Assembly: GCA_051362555.1 (NCBI GenBank)
Contig: CM120640.1
Coordinates: forward strand, 56,460,788 to 56,524,787
Direction of reading: 5' to 3'
Source of the DNA: Lingula anatina
Taxonomy: Eukaryota > Animalia > Brachiopoda
Length of the DNA stretch: 64,000 nucleotides
The notes below the pieces were generated by a model. That model was not told where the DNA came from. It ran no database searches and worked only from the letters and a program-made list of their open reading frames with translations. A program made the position numbers and the translations under genes. Below, one piece after another: positions 1-12,133 of this stretch; position 1 is the first letter of the stretch; the number at the start of each line of letters is the position of its first letter.

Positions 1-1798
1 GTACTAAGTGCAATGTTTACTGTCACTATCGGTTGCATTGCATCCGTTTATCAGCTAGAGCTGCCAAAGTTAAGGATGCAGACGACACGATAACCGAAGG
101 TGGCGTTAGCCCCGTGTAAAACGACACCAGCTTGTGCGACCAACATGAAAAAATTATGCAAGACTCATCTGTGTCAATATATACCAAAGGTTCGCAAAAG
201 TGGCAGAAAGGACTTTATAGTACCTTTGGCGTCGCTATTTTGCGATAAACCACCAACTTACCTGCCAACTCAGCGTCCCATCCACTCGCTACTCCCTGTA
301 TGTGCCGACTGTCGCGTTGCGAGGATGTAAGGATCAATTACAACGGCAAATGCACATGCTGAAAGAGGGGAACTAGTAGCGTCACGTGTTGCTAGGGGGC
401 CATTGTTGTCGCCTGCAGTAGCGATCAATTAATAACTGTTGTTGTAGCCTGGATTCGGTGAATCACTGCCCATTACCCACGTTTTGATCAAAAATCAGAA
501 ACCTTTGTTGTTAGATTTTATTGTTGTTTAGAAAACGCATAAAGCATCAATAAAATGTTTTCAGCGACCTGAATCACCTTTGCTTATACTTCACTTTCCA
601 CAGATTAAACCTTTGTAATTGATTTTAGCCCCGACCAATATATAAGAAATATATTATAGTATTGAATCAAATATCAGGTATCAACGATTGGATAACATAG
701 GCGCCCAACGTTTCCTTTAGAAAGTAAAATACCAACATGAGTTGACTTTGACAAAATGTAATAGGATACGCATGTGATTGGTGATGTTGTGAAGCGTGCA
801 TTAAAATATTTTTGTGAAAACAAGCTTGAATCTACTGACAAACGTGTCTAACAAAATACATCATTTATTTTAAAAAAAGTACATGCACTGATGAAATCGT
901 TGCCAAAAGGAGTTGAGTTACATCCGAGTGAATGAGATCCGATGTGAAAAAATTCTACAGATTCTCTGATAATTTACAGTTTATTCAAACATTTATAAAA
1001 TGGAAGAAACATGACAAGTAGGCAAATATGCATGCAGGTTAATTTTTTTTCTAAAAGAAACTAATGAGGCCTAGACAGTGATGTAAATGGTGAAGACAAA
1101 GAGGCTTCATATTTGCACGGAATGTGCTAGGTGAGATGTTTATGGTGTTTGACACAATTAAGTGACATTTCTCTTCAAAATCCTACAATAACAAATAAAA
1201 CATTTGCAGCATATTTCATGAAGCTACCTGGATTCATTCACTCAGCTGTCTTGCAACATAACGTCCACATTCTTTGACTACTGACATAAATATATCCATC
1301 CTATCCGTAACCATCAAAGCCTCATGGGAGGGCATGGTTTAGCCTGTTACGTTACACAATAAAAAGAGAGATTAAGCTAAAATGCTTGTGTATTTTCGCT
1401 ATAAAAAGTAGCAGATGTTGCTCTTTTTGACATTTCTTAAGAGAGGTGGTCGAGGTTTCACAGTAAAACATAACATATAATCCTTCAGGCACTGGCAAGG
1501 ACTCCCTAACTCGGATAGATATATAATGTAGACCGAACATTTGCATCCTAACACTATTTGAGAACGCGGCACTTTTCACAGTAGCTTTAGTTTCCTCTTT
1601 AGTCCTTGTCTCTGAGTTGTATTTCTCTAACGTACATAATATGATATTTGTAAATTGTACTTTCAAATATCACACATAAAGGAGAAATCATTGTTAAATC
1701 ATCTTCATAAATAGGCCATTGTTTTTTGAGGTACCGTTGGGTTTTTTCATAACCGAAAACACATTTGAGAAAATATATCATGAGCCTGTTACTCAATT

Positions 1799-4632
1799 TC
1801 ACGTGGGTGTTTCTTCCTCTTTCTCTTTTTCTTCTGGAGGGTGATCCAAGACCCACCGCTGGAGAGATGTTATCAGGGGATCTTTCTTCTCATTAGGATC
1901 AATTGGTTCCTGTGATGGCACAGTAGATATGATGTCCCAGTCTATCTTGCTTCGTTCTTCTAAGTCCATAAAAACTGCAACATTTTCTTTCGCTAATGCT
2001 TGGGCTCGTTTCTGTAAAATAATTTATGAGTCGTTAGTAGCCACGTGGCACCTTAGCTTATATTAGGTTGCGAAGTCAACGTAAACTTGTCTATTCTCCA
2101 TGTATATGCGACAAAATTACTGCTTATGAATAATCCAGTACGTTTGGGTTTTCATTCATACACAATGAATATTGTTTAGGCGCTTCAAATGAAGGTGGTT
2201 GATTTATCTTTCCAAGTCTCTTCATGAATAATCATTGTGCTGAGCTTGACAGCCCTATACATCATTGCTCATTCCATGTAATATGATTCTCATGATTATC
2301 TGACAAGACGATGTTGAGGGAGGGGAGGTACCCATCGCCTAATATATTAATATTTTTCTGAGGGCGAATAACATACATCCAGAGAAACACTTAAGTCTGA
2401 GTTAACAATTATGTTTAATTTTTTAAAATTAAGATTGAATTGAGTACAACTGTATGGATCTCCCGCCTCTCTTAACTGAATATATCCAGACCCTGTTTCG
2501 TAGCTTAAGGGTGGAAAGTAAGCGGACTTGAATCGATAAATACTATGTTAAAATATACAGGGTATTACCTTGGCTTCACTCTCATATTCTGTGATCTCAT
2601 ACTCTTCGTACAGCTCTTCGTACAGATATTGGTGCCATGTGAACCGGCTACAACTTCTCTGGACTAAGAAACCTTTAAAATACAGAAAAAATACAAAATA
2701 TTGAGAAAATCGCATTGTACAGGGCAGTCATGCAATGCTGTGACTCCTCCTTGGGGACCAAGCAACCAGCGGCCAGGCGAGATCATACTGCCAAATAGAC
2801 AATTGTCAAGAGATTATGAAAACCAAGATCACTACATTATCTTAATTTCTTTAATTTTTAACTTAAAGAAATTAAATTACAAATTATGTTCCTAATTTTG
2901 TTGTCATAACAAATTATAATTGTGCATTTAGGTAAATGTAAAAGATAAAAGATACAGTGGAATATATTACATTCGCAATAATATCTCTCCTTTACCTGTC
3001 AGAGCTGTTGCCACCCCGCCTACAAGAATACACCACGAAATCATCTGGGACTCGGATTTCAGAGCTTCATGCTTTAATAGTTCGGTAGCATTTTTTGAAC
3101 AGGGAAATTGATGTTTAGCACACGAATAATAGCTAAAATGAAAAAGCGACAATTGTGGATTAGTTGAATATACAAAAGTGAAGCATTGCCTCTTGATTAT
3201 TTTTTTATTTTATTTTTATTCATTTTTATTATTTATTTGTTTATTTATTTATTTATTATTTTTTGTTTTTGTTTTTGAGTATCAGACAATTCTTTGAAAA
3301 AATGAAGGTGGGTCATTTATATAGGGGTCATTGAGCATTAATAATATGAATTTGTAATGCAATATTGCACTGGTCTCTACAAGCTGTAATTAAGAAAAAT
3401 CCCAAAGAAAAGAAAAACACTGTTTCGGCAGCAAACCCAATTTTAAGTGTTTTAACGAAGAGGATGAGACGAAACTTTATAACCTGTTATCATTATTTTT
3501 CGTAGCATCATTATTATCCGTTGCAATTTATCCTTCAATATTAATGTACGTCTAAATTGTATCGCCTTTAAACTGGCATGATCTAAAGAAATCTATATAC
3601 TCAAACTCAAGAGAATATCCAATCAATACAAGTCACAAGAAACACATGTACACTGCAGTATTGTGGCTATATCAATTAATACCACTTACTCACGAGGGCA
3701 AGTACCAGTTTCATATTCATATTTTTTCTTAAAAGAGGGAGAGAGGTAGTGAGAGGGAAGAGAAGAAGAGTCAAGAAGAAAGAGAGAGTAATGTAGAATA
3801 TAGAAATGTTTAGAATATGAGACATTAATTAAGAAATAATAATAATAATAATAATACCTTCCATCTAAAAAACCCACAAACAGCCAAGCAGAGGGCGCCA
3901 CACACGCTTGACTAATGACACCCCACACTAGATAGCACTTGTCTGCACCCTTAGATGGCACCGTGGTTTTGCAGCACCCCGTAATAAGGCGAGTGAGAGC
4001 ACGACTTAACACAAGACCTGTTATAAAAGAGTAAAACGACAATGAAATAAAGCCCCTTTTTACGGGTCTTTTACGATTTGATGGAAACAACACACAGGTG
4101 TGGTCGACCATTAAACAACAGCAGCACCATCTACTAGTACTAGTACTTCTCCCTCAGTGTGTTACTTAGCAAAAATATTCAAATGACGACCAAATCACTG
4201 ATGCTATTGTCATTGACACAGTGCCTTGAGAATCTATTATATTTAATTGCAAAATGTTCCGCAAAGTGCCCCTCCCCAACAGCACTGTGTAATTCACAAA
4301 AACATCAAGTCCCAGACTATATCCACGCCAGAAGTTAGAAATAATCCACGCCCTCTAGAATAACTCAAATCTACCTGATATTTTCAGTTTCTTTTCATTA
4401 ACTCTTCGTGGTAGTCCTTACCTATGGTCAAAAGACCGAGTGCCGGCGCGGCCAGAAACAGGCTGCCATAGACGACGTTTTGTGGCCATATACAAGGACA
4501 CTGGAACACGACCACCTTGAAGATCTCCTGACCACCAAATGTGATAAGAATCACCACTATGTTGAATAAGGAGGTCCCGTTTTCCTTTATGATACCTGTC
4601 AACTTACCAAAACTACCTGGCAGCGACGACAT
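1799..4632 (-). CDS. Calcium homeostasis modulator (CALHM/FAM26) family channel, 5 exons, ~274 aa
   Basis: Exons 4632-4422, 4017-3858, 3132-2996, 2672-2569 and 2011-1799 all have GT-AG boundaries and total 825 nt in frame. The translation has CALHM hallmarks: 'GGQEIFKVVVFQCPC..NVVYGSLFLAAPAL', 'RLITGCC', 'VAPSAWLFVGFLDGSYYSCA', 'LKSESQMISWCIL', 'RSCSRFTWHQYLYEELY...EAKKRAQALAKENV', 'DWDIIS', 'TSLQRW'. Four TM segments are present. Confidence 0.88.
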
Positions 4633-5631
4633 ATTTCTTTCTTTTCACAAGGTATTGGACTGGCATGACCTTATTTCTCGTTCATATGTATAAACATTAA
4701 CAACACCACATGCGTCTGCGCTAAAATGTCGCACAATACAAATACGCTGTATATTGATCCGAAATCTCGCCGCTTCTAGCGAGAATGCACATTAACATTA
4801 CTAGTAACTTAGATTATCTGTTTGGTATATAGAACATTCATTCATATTGGCAAATTGAGAAGATTTTGTGAATATACCTATGCAGAGTGTGTGCAAATTT
4901 CTTTTTAAGATGAAAGGGAGAACGACTGTTTGTATGAGATTCATATTTCACAATAAAACATTGTAAACAACTTATAGAAACATAACGAATTCTATTTTAC
5001 CACAAAAATAGCGGTTATCGCAATTATTTTGGAATCTGTGCTTGTCATCAGACCACGGTGACCTTCACAGATGACTATACCTCCGTAATACAATGTAATC
5101 TCTTAATAGATTATTACAAAAATCAAACTTTTTAGAAAAAACATGGACTAACTTTGAATGTCAGTATGGATTCATTCACCATTGGTAAGTATGGGAAAAA
5201 CGTCGTTTACCCCAGAAAATCCCTTTTTTGCCAAAACGAACATTTTTTCCTTTTAATTCGATACTCAAGAATATGGAGTTTTTAAAAGTGTAAAAAATCT
5301 GTGTCATGGATGCATGAATTGTTTAATGCATGCAGGTTGGTTACATAAGCATTAAGTCGTATAACTCATGATATAAAAAAAGGTGGGAAATGTTTTGTTA
5401 ATCAAATTAATATTGTCTCTGGGTTCCCCAAACCGAGGTGTATGGCACGTTCAAAGATTAAAGTGATACTAACTGTTCGTTTTGGCCAAAAAATGAATTT
5501 TCCTGGAGTAAACAACAATTTTCCCATACTTTTCCCATACCAATGGTTAACGAATCCATTTCTACATTCAAATTTAGTCCCTGTTTTTTTTTTTTTTTTT
5601 TTTTTTTTTAGTTATTAAATCTGATGAGATT

Positions 5632-6326
5632 TGTGACGGGGGCTTTTACGGGTGATAAAAGTGCGTCACTGTATAGCTACGAACAACTACCTTTTCCGGT
5701 TGAAGGAATTTTATTTTGCTCATACTATACATCAAAATGAAGATGTGACCACGAAGTCCCCTGCTCTGTTCTCCCTCAGTCTCTCCTTTCTATGGTTCTA
5801 TTTTCCCGACACACTGAATGCGGCAAAACGCTGCATTCTATAATAAAATCAGGTGGTTCACATTTCACGTCATGGATAGAAGTTTTGATTCAACATTTAC
5901 TTAATTATTAGAAATACTTATTCTTGACCTTCGACTTAAACATTGTGATTTGATTATTAATATTTAATTTTGACTGAACCGGAACTGGTCATTTTCCAAG
6001 GTCTAGCGAAGGGGTTATTTAATACTAATATACGACATCGAGAGATAATCAATTACATTTTTCTATGTGCAACCGCTGTAGCTCTGTCCAATTTACTTGC
6101 AATTAAAGCGACGCGTTTGCTGACCACTAGAGGTCATTAACTACGGTACACTGGTTATTCGCTGGATAATTTAGTACTTGAGATCGGAAGGTTATTATGT
6201 TTGGTAAGTGCTTGAACGTGTAATCAGACTTTTTTGTTTCCGAAATCTTATTGAAACTGGTGAATTTTAACTGTTTTAAAATTCAAACTAAATTCTTACT
6301 AAAATTTGTAACACTACCGTGTTATA
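5632..6326 (-). repeat. 3' LTR (~695 bp) of the Gypsy element
   Basis: Bounded by the TSD and CA terminus at 5632 and by the PPT at ~6330-6345. Its 5' ~300 bp is repeated at 11169-11472. Confidence 0.75.
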
Positions 6327-6520
6327 TAACCTTCCGTCCTCGAAGAATTTGGCTCCGTCCAAATCAATAATAGGCGTGTCTGGTTTGGGAGGGGGGCATA
6401 TTTGCAAATTTGTAGAAAAATCAATGGGGGTGGGGGAAATCAAGAAAGAGAAAATAATAATGATAATAAAAGTCCATTGAATTGAAGGCAAAATTAGTCC
6501 GTTGTGTACTCAGTTCTATT

Positions 6521-7378
6521 TCAGTCAAGGTTAGGCAGATCTTCGTCCTCCATCCCTGCTGGAATGAGTCTGGCATCTTGCGGGATGGGTTCATAAAGGT
6601 CATCTTCTGAGGCCGATTCCTCATCGGCTCCTACTGGGTGTTTATAAGGGACTAGAGGTGTATTGTCCTCGGCATCCCAGTCAGAGTCCGATGAGTAAAC
6701 TAATCTTTGGGCGCTTCTTCTGGGTGTCTGGTGTGGGGCGTCCTGCCTTGCGAGGGACATCAGAGTTTCACTGGTGGCATCCCTAATTATATCAGCATAT
6801 CGGGCTTGTCTCTGCGAAGGATGGGTGTCACGTTGGTAAATGTGTACTGACAAGTCCTGGGCAAAAGTTGTGGCCTTGTGTAGCTGCTCCTGAATGTCTG
6901 GATCGGTAGTGGAACAGCACACGTGGATTTGGGTCCTTTGGCCTAGTATCGGGGCACTCATGTTCTGTTTGAAGATGAACAGGAGGCTCAAAAGTTCACC
7001 TACAGCTTTTTCTGGTTTAGGTGGACAGTCCCTTCCTAGGAATTGGGCTGTCGTCTGGGGCATCCAGTCATCTATGATGATTAGGTTGGGCTGTCTCTGG
7101 CGCACCAGGTCAACAAGATCTGCCAGGTTTTCCGTGTTGACTAAGGTGGTCATGGGGCGATACCTAACTAGTTCTGCGCCTTCAAAATCTCTATCCTGGT
7201 TTGTTTCAGTGTCAATGTAATGAAGCATATGCTTCAGCATGGCGGCTGCCAATATTAATACTTCCATGATGATGATGTCTTGTGTCAGTGGTATATCGGC
7301 TAGAGATGAATGATCTGTGCTGGTAGAAGTTGGGGTTTTATGTCCAAAAAATTTGAGGACAGGACAAAGGCACTTCAC
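6521..7378 (-). CDS. Intact accessory ORF inside the Gypsy element (first ATG at 7267, ~248 aa); possibly a degenerate SGNH/GDSL-fold protein with an acidic tail
   Basis: An 858-nt open frame, visibly more GC-rich than its flanks, lies just upstream of the PPT/3' LTR. 'EVLILAAAMLKH' and 'RQRQPNLIIID' resemble SGNH blocks I and III without the catalytic GDS. The C-terminus is D/E/P-rich. Confidence 0.6.
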   Translation of the reverse strand: MKCLCPVLKFFGHKTPTSTSTDHSSLADIPLTQDIIIMEVLILAAAMLKHMLHYIDTETNQDRDFEGAELVRYRPMTTLVNTENLADLVDLVRQRQPNLIIIDDWMPQTTAQFLGRDCPPKPEKAVGELLSLLFIFKQNMSAPILGQRTQIHVCCSTTDPDIQEQLHKATTFAQDLSVHIYQRDTHPSQRQARYADIIRDATSETLMSLARQDAPHQTPRRSAQRLVYSSDSDWDAEDNTPLVPYKHPVGADEESASEDDLYEPIPQDARLIPAGMEDEDLPNLD

Positions 7379-7799
7379 AAAATAATCCGAGGAAGCCGTT
7401 TATGGTTTTCTAATAGTCCTTGAATACATGTAAGTCCTTTTTGTTTGATATAGGCTACAGCCATGGGAGGGGGGTTATGTCATCATTTCAATTAACAGGA
7501 GTGAAAGACAAAACAATAATTGGGAGATTGGGATGGAATTAAATAGGAGGCCCTTTTGAGAGAACACCTGTACACTTGTGAAGTCCAAGTTACATCGAAA
7601 TGTGCGAAGACAAAATCTTAGTTAAAATATATAATGATACTGAGAATGTGACGATAATAAACAAGCAAATCAATCAATGCAGGTACTGCCGACATTACGT
7701 ATTACTATTTTATCAATATTAATAAACTGGAAGTACAACAACTTTAGTAAGATATAAGGTATCACTTAGATATAAAGTGAATAAACTGGTCATTAAGTA

Positions 7800-8510
7800 A
7801 AATAATTGAATATGTTTTTCAACATCTGTCTTCTGATCCAAGTTGACTGCAGTGCATGTACAGCTGTCACGTTACTAAGTGTGTGCGTCAAACTCTGATA
7901 GAAACTAGTGTGGATATCTAAACATTTGCAAATACGATATAAATAATAAAAAATGTCTAACTAATTCATCTTCTCAATAAGAGAAGTCCTTAATCATTAG
8001 TCCTAAATGCGGTTGTGTGCATATGCATTCTTGTTGCGTTTAACATGGTTCAAGACGTATGGCAACCTTCAAGTGTTAAATAGCCAACAGTACTGATTGG
8101 GGTAGTGTGGAGATGTCCAAACATAGGACGGGGAAATGTTTTCTAGATTTATTGTAAAATAAAATAAAAAGTATGAACAGCAAGAGAAAAACCGTAGTAC
8201 CTTCGATACAATATGCTATGATTGAATCAAGAAAAGTGGTTGTCAATGAAAGAGATTGGGGTGTGGGAATTCGAATGATGTTAAATCCTCTAACAGAAAC
8301 AATGTTTTGTAGGGATATGAAAAGCAATTATACTTGACGGAGTTTGTGCCATAAGATTGCGCTTGTTAGGAGGGAGACACCTGATTTACCAATGGCGGTA
8401 TAAGTTAAGATGTTGGAATCTGTTAAGAAATCAGGGGCTGTATCTAATATGGTATCAGTGACGGAGTGATATACTGGTTTATTTTGCTTTATATGTGGGA
8501 ATAAAATTAA
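7800..8510 (-). pseudogene. Possible env-like / membrane-protein ORF remnant of the Gypsy element (C-terminal part)
   Basis: Between the truncated pol and the extra ORF, one frame reads through a few stops as '...DSNILTYTAIGKSGVSLLTSAILWHKLRQV*LLFISLQ...IEGTTVFLLLFILFILFYNKSRKHF...', with hydrophobic TM-like stretches. This is the position where env normally lies. Identity as env is inferred. Confidence 0.4.
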
Positions 8511-8514
8511 CTAA

Positions 8515-11168
8515 CTAGCTAATAACTTTTTCTCTACCTAATTCATCTAGTTGGCCTAAAATATATCCTAATGCGTGACCTGATGCGTCGGTCGTCAAAA
8601 TAAAAGGTTTGGACATATCTGGGAATGACAAAATGGGAGGTGTCACTAGTGCATTTTTGAGAGTTTGAAAGGCCTGTTCACAATCTGTGGACCATTGAAA
8701 GTTCTTATCTTTGTGCAATAATTCATTGAGTACTTTTATGAAACGTCTGTACCAATTGCAGAGTCCTAAGAAACTGCGTACTTGTTTAACATTTGTGGGT
8801 GTTGGAAATGTTCGAACCGCTTCTGTTTTTAAGGGGTCAAATTCTAAAAATGACTGAGATAAAGTAATTTTGGAACAGCAAATGTGCATTTTGAAGGTTT
8901 CAACTCGAAACTTGCCTGTCGTAAAATGTGGAAGACGTTCTGTAGATGTGTTAAATGTTCCTCAAATGTTTTGGAATACGTCAAGATGTCATCAACATAA
9001 ATTATGACTGATTTCCAGTTCATGTTTCGAAATAAATTGCTCAATAGATACAAACTAAGTCTTTTGAATTGATATTGTCCAATGTGTGTGACAAAAGCAG
9101 ATTTTTCTTTTGAATCATCATATAGTCCTACTGTCCAAAAAGCTGTATTTATGACGGCTAGTGAAAAATGTAACGCTTTGGAGTCAGCTATGGAAGCAAA
9201 TATGTCTTCCAGACGTGGTAAAGGAAACGTCATGGTTTTGGTGACTGCATTTAATTTACGATAATCAATCGCGAATCTAAAATAACCTTTTTTCTTTTTT
9301 GACAAGTACAACTGGACTACTCCAGGGTGATGTGGAGGGTTTTATAATATCGTGACGTAACATTTCCTCAATCTGACGATCAATTTCGGCTTTGGACTTC
9401 GGATTTGTGCGATAAAAACGCTGTGCAATTGGAGGGTGTCAATTTGTTTCAATAGTATGTTTGTAAACAGGAATATGGCCAATTTCTGATAGATCGGAAG
9501 CAAAAATGTCTCTGTTGCTACCAATGAGAGATAACAATCTGTCTTTTTGTTTGTCGTCGAGGTGAGTCAGGTCAAAAGGTATGCCTAGAGAGAGTGCTGT
9601 TTCTTTATCTTTTGCATCGACTGGTTTTATTGGAGGGGGTAGGGATTTGTCGAAGTCAATATGACTAATCATATTTGCGTTTTCGTGGTATGGTAATGGC
9701 TTTAGGTGTAACATTTGCCACGCGATAATAACAATATCGAGAATATAATATATTGACTGTAGACGCACCGAGTAAAGTCTGGACATTGTTCACCACTTCC
9801 AATAAAACAGTGGTGGGTTGCTTTTGTATGACGTGAATACGGGATACATGGACACTCACTAATTTTTCACAGTGTGGCTCTATTGTAACAGAAGATGTAG
9901 ATTGGGCAAGGCCAAGTTGATTGGACATTAATAAACACACTTTGATATCGGGATTTTTGATAGCCATACTATGATCAGACAGATTGAGAATGGCAACATG
10001 TTTGTGAAGAAAATCTAGACCTAGAATGACAGGGCGGGGTAATTTTGGAAATACATGGAAATTGTGCACAAAGTTTGCTTTACCGATTCTAAAATTGACG
10101 TTGATAGTTCCCAATATATGGAGAGGTTCATTTTTGACACCTACTTTCGTTTTTAGACTGTTGGATCGGTTGATGTGAGAATCCGGAATTTCTCAATTTT
10201 GTAACTTTTGCTTTGAAATATATGAAATAGAAGCACCGGTATCTACGAGTGTATCAAGCTTTTTGTTTTTCACAGAAATGAAAATGAAATTTTGAATGGG
10301 CTGATGTGATGCTACTACAACAGACTTACTTTGATCTTGTGTTTTTGGTTGACATTGTTTTCTACTTGAGCGACAAACTCTCGCTAAATGTCCTATTTTG
10401 CCACAAGTACGAAAATTCATTTTTAAAGCAGGGCAGAGATGACAAAAAAATGTAACATACCACAGCCATTGCATGGAGGGATGTCTCCTCTTCCTCTGTT
10501 GTTCTGCTGGTTTCCTGAGGGCCTGGGTCGAATGACAGGATTGTTGCGTACTGGGGTGGTGCGTTGAAATCTTGGCTGCATGTTGGGCGTGTCGTCTAAG
10601 CGGACGATACTGCCATCGCTGTTGGTTTCTGGCGTATTGGTAGCGAGTGTTGGGCGGTGATCGCGGTTGAAAATCGGCGGCCGTAGGGTTTCTACCTGGG
10701 TGTTGTATCGGAGTGATTGGTGCTGGATTCACAGCAGATACGGCCAGTTGTGAGACCTGCGTTTTGATTTCGGATAGTATGTATTCAGCGCATTGATAGA
10801 TGCAGACGATGTGGTGGGTTGTACTGCAGTTTCTGAATGTCTGGCGCGGGCAATGAGATCCTCGAAATTGTGACGTTCGTGTTGTGCTGCGACCATGTAG
10901 AATAGCCTGCATGGCAATTTTACTCTCGCGGCTTCGCGTCTCATTTCCGCTATATAATCTTGCACTGGCTGAGCATGTTTTGGCGGCGTTGAAATAAATT
11001 GGACACAGTAGCCCATTTTGAACTCTTGGTGGGTTGAAATCGTGCGCGGAATGCATTTTCTATAGCATTTATGTTCTGACGCTGATCATCGGTAAGTGTG
11101 TCGAACCAGTCTAAGGCTGCACCTCGCAATAGTAACGGAAAAGAGGCTATTTGTTGTCCTTCTGTCAT
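8515..11168 (-). pseudogene. Gypsy gag-pol pseudogene (gag, zinc knuckle, aspartic protease, RT, start of RNase H; integrase absent)
   Basis: Fragments in shifting frames: gag 'LLRGAALDWF...FRARF', zinc-knuckle remnant 'CGKIGHLARVC', protease 'LVDTGAS' and 'VILGLDFL', RT 'FRFAIDYRKLN', 'YVDDIL', connection/RNase H 'VRSFLGLCNWYRRFI', 'FILTTDAS...GYILGQ'. There are many frameshifts and stops. Confidence 0.92.
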
Positions 11169-11472
11169 ACTAATATGCGACATCGAGAGATAATCAATTA
11201 CATTTTTCTATGTGCGACCGCTGTAACTCTGTCCAATTTACTTGCAATTAAATCGACGCGATTGCTGACCACTAGAGGTCATAAATTGCGGTACACTGGT
11301 TATTCGCTGGATAATTTAGTACTTGAGATCGGAAGGTTATTATGTTTGGTCAGTGCTTGAACGTGTAATCAGACTTTTGTTGTTTCCGAAATCTTATTGT
11401 AACTGTTGAATTTAAACTGTTTTAAAACTTAAACAAAAAGCTTACTAAAATTTGTAACACTACTGTGTCATA
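11169..11472 (-). repeat. Truncated 5' LTR fused directly to internal gag sequence
   Basis: Matches only the first ~300 bp of the 3' LTR, then runs straight into gag codons (TEGQQIASFPLLLRGAALDWF). The rest of the LTR, the PBS and the gag start are missing. Confidence 0.75.
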
Positions 11473-12133
11473 GATTATTACAGAGTATAGCCATCTATGG
11501 AGGTCACGTGGTCTGATGACAAGCTCAGATATCAGAATAATAGCTATAACTGCCGTTTTTGTGGTGTTCAAAACAGAATATTTTATATTCCTATGAGTTG
11601 TTTACAATGTTTTTATTGTGAAATATAGATCTCATACAAAGAATTACTATCCTTTTAAGTTGTCGGGTCATTTTAGACCGGCGGATCCAGGTTTTTGCAA
11701 TACCAAGGGTCATTTGGAGTCTGGAGTGGGTACTATGGGTTGCCGTTAGGGGTACGCGGGGGTAGCCCATTAGGGGCGGTCTATATGTTGAAGAAGAAGA
11801 AGTCTATGGTGGAGTAGGTGGGCTATGGGGTTACACAAAGTGGGCAGTTGAAATATTCATGTGTTTGTTTAGTTTCTGTCGACAAATGCGCAAATAAATG
11901 AAACATTGATAAAGATAGTGAATCAATAGCTGGAGGTTGAGAAGTCAAGTCTCCCTAAGAGTGTCTTTGATATTGTACAAAAATTTTATCTAAAAAGGGA
12001 ATTGAAATGCGTCTATTAAATTCTTTAATCATAAATATCATATTCAAGAATTTAGTTTATATGTAGACTATAATAAGTTGCAATGATGTGTAAATGAGAA
12101 TAACTAAATCCGTATGAAAACAAGTGTTACTTA

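Larger units (their letters stand above)
5632..11472 (-). mobile_element. Ty3/Gypsy LTR retrotransposon, internally deleted and decayed
   Basis: Direct repeats ~6023-6326 and ~11169-11472 are highly similar. A 4-bp TSD GATT lies at 5628-5631 and 11473-11476. The 3' LTR ends ...GTCACA at 5632. A purine tract (minus strand gaggacggaagg) precedes the 3' LTR. Gag, protease, RT and RNase H remnants are in Gypsy order. Confidence 0.92.
4912..11658. mobile_element. Foldback/MITE-type non-autonomous DNA element (long inverted arms) interrupted by the Gypsy insertion
   Basis: ~4925-5095 is the reverse complement of ~11473-11640 (tttgtatgagat...gtcatcagaccacggtgacct vs ggaggtcacgtggtctgatgac...atctcatacaaa). 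~5150-5245 is the reverse complement of ~5470-5580. The right end 'ccttttaa' resembles a TTAA-target (Kolobok-like) terminus (inference). End points are approximate. Confidence 0.7.

Noticed and set aside
1-480. GC-richer segment with a 76-aa ORF at the window start
   Set aside because: There is no recognisable protein or terminal repeat within the window. It may be the edge of a repeat but cannot be supported.
6894-7220. Plus-strand 108-aa ORF in the Gypsy element
   Set aside because: It is the antisense shadow of the longer 6521-7378 ORF and has no recognisable motifs.
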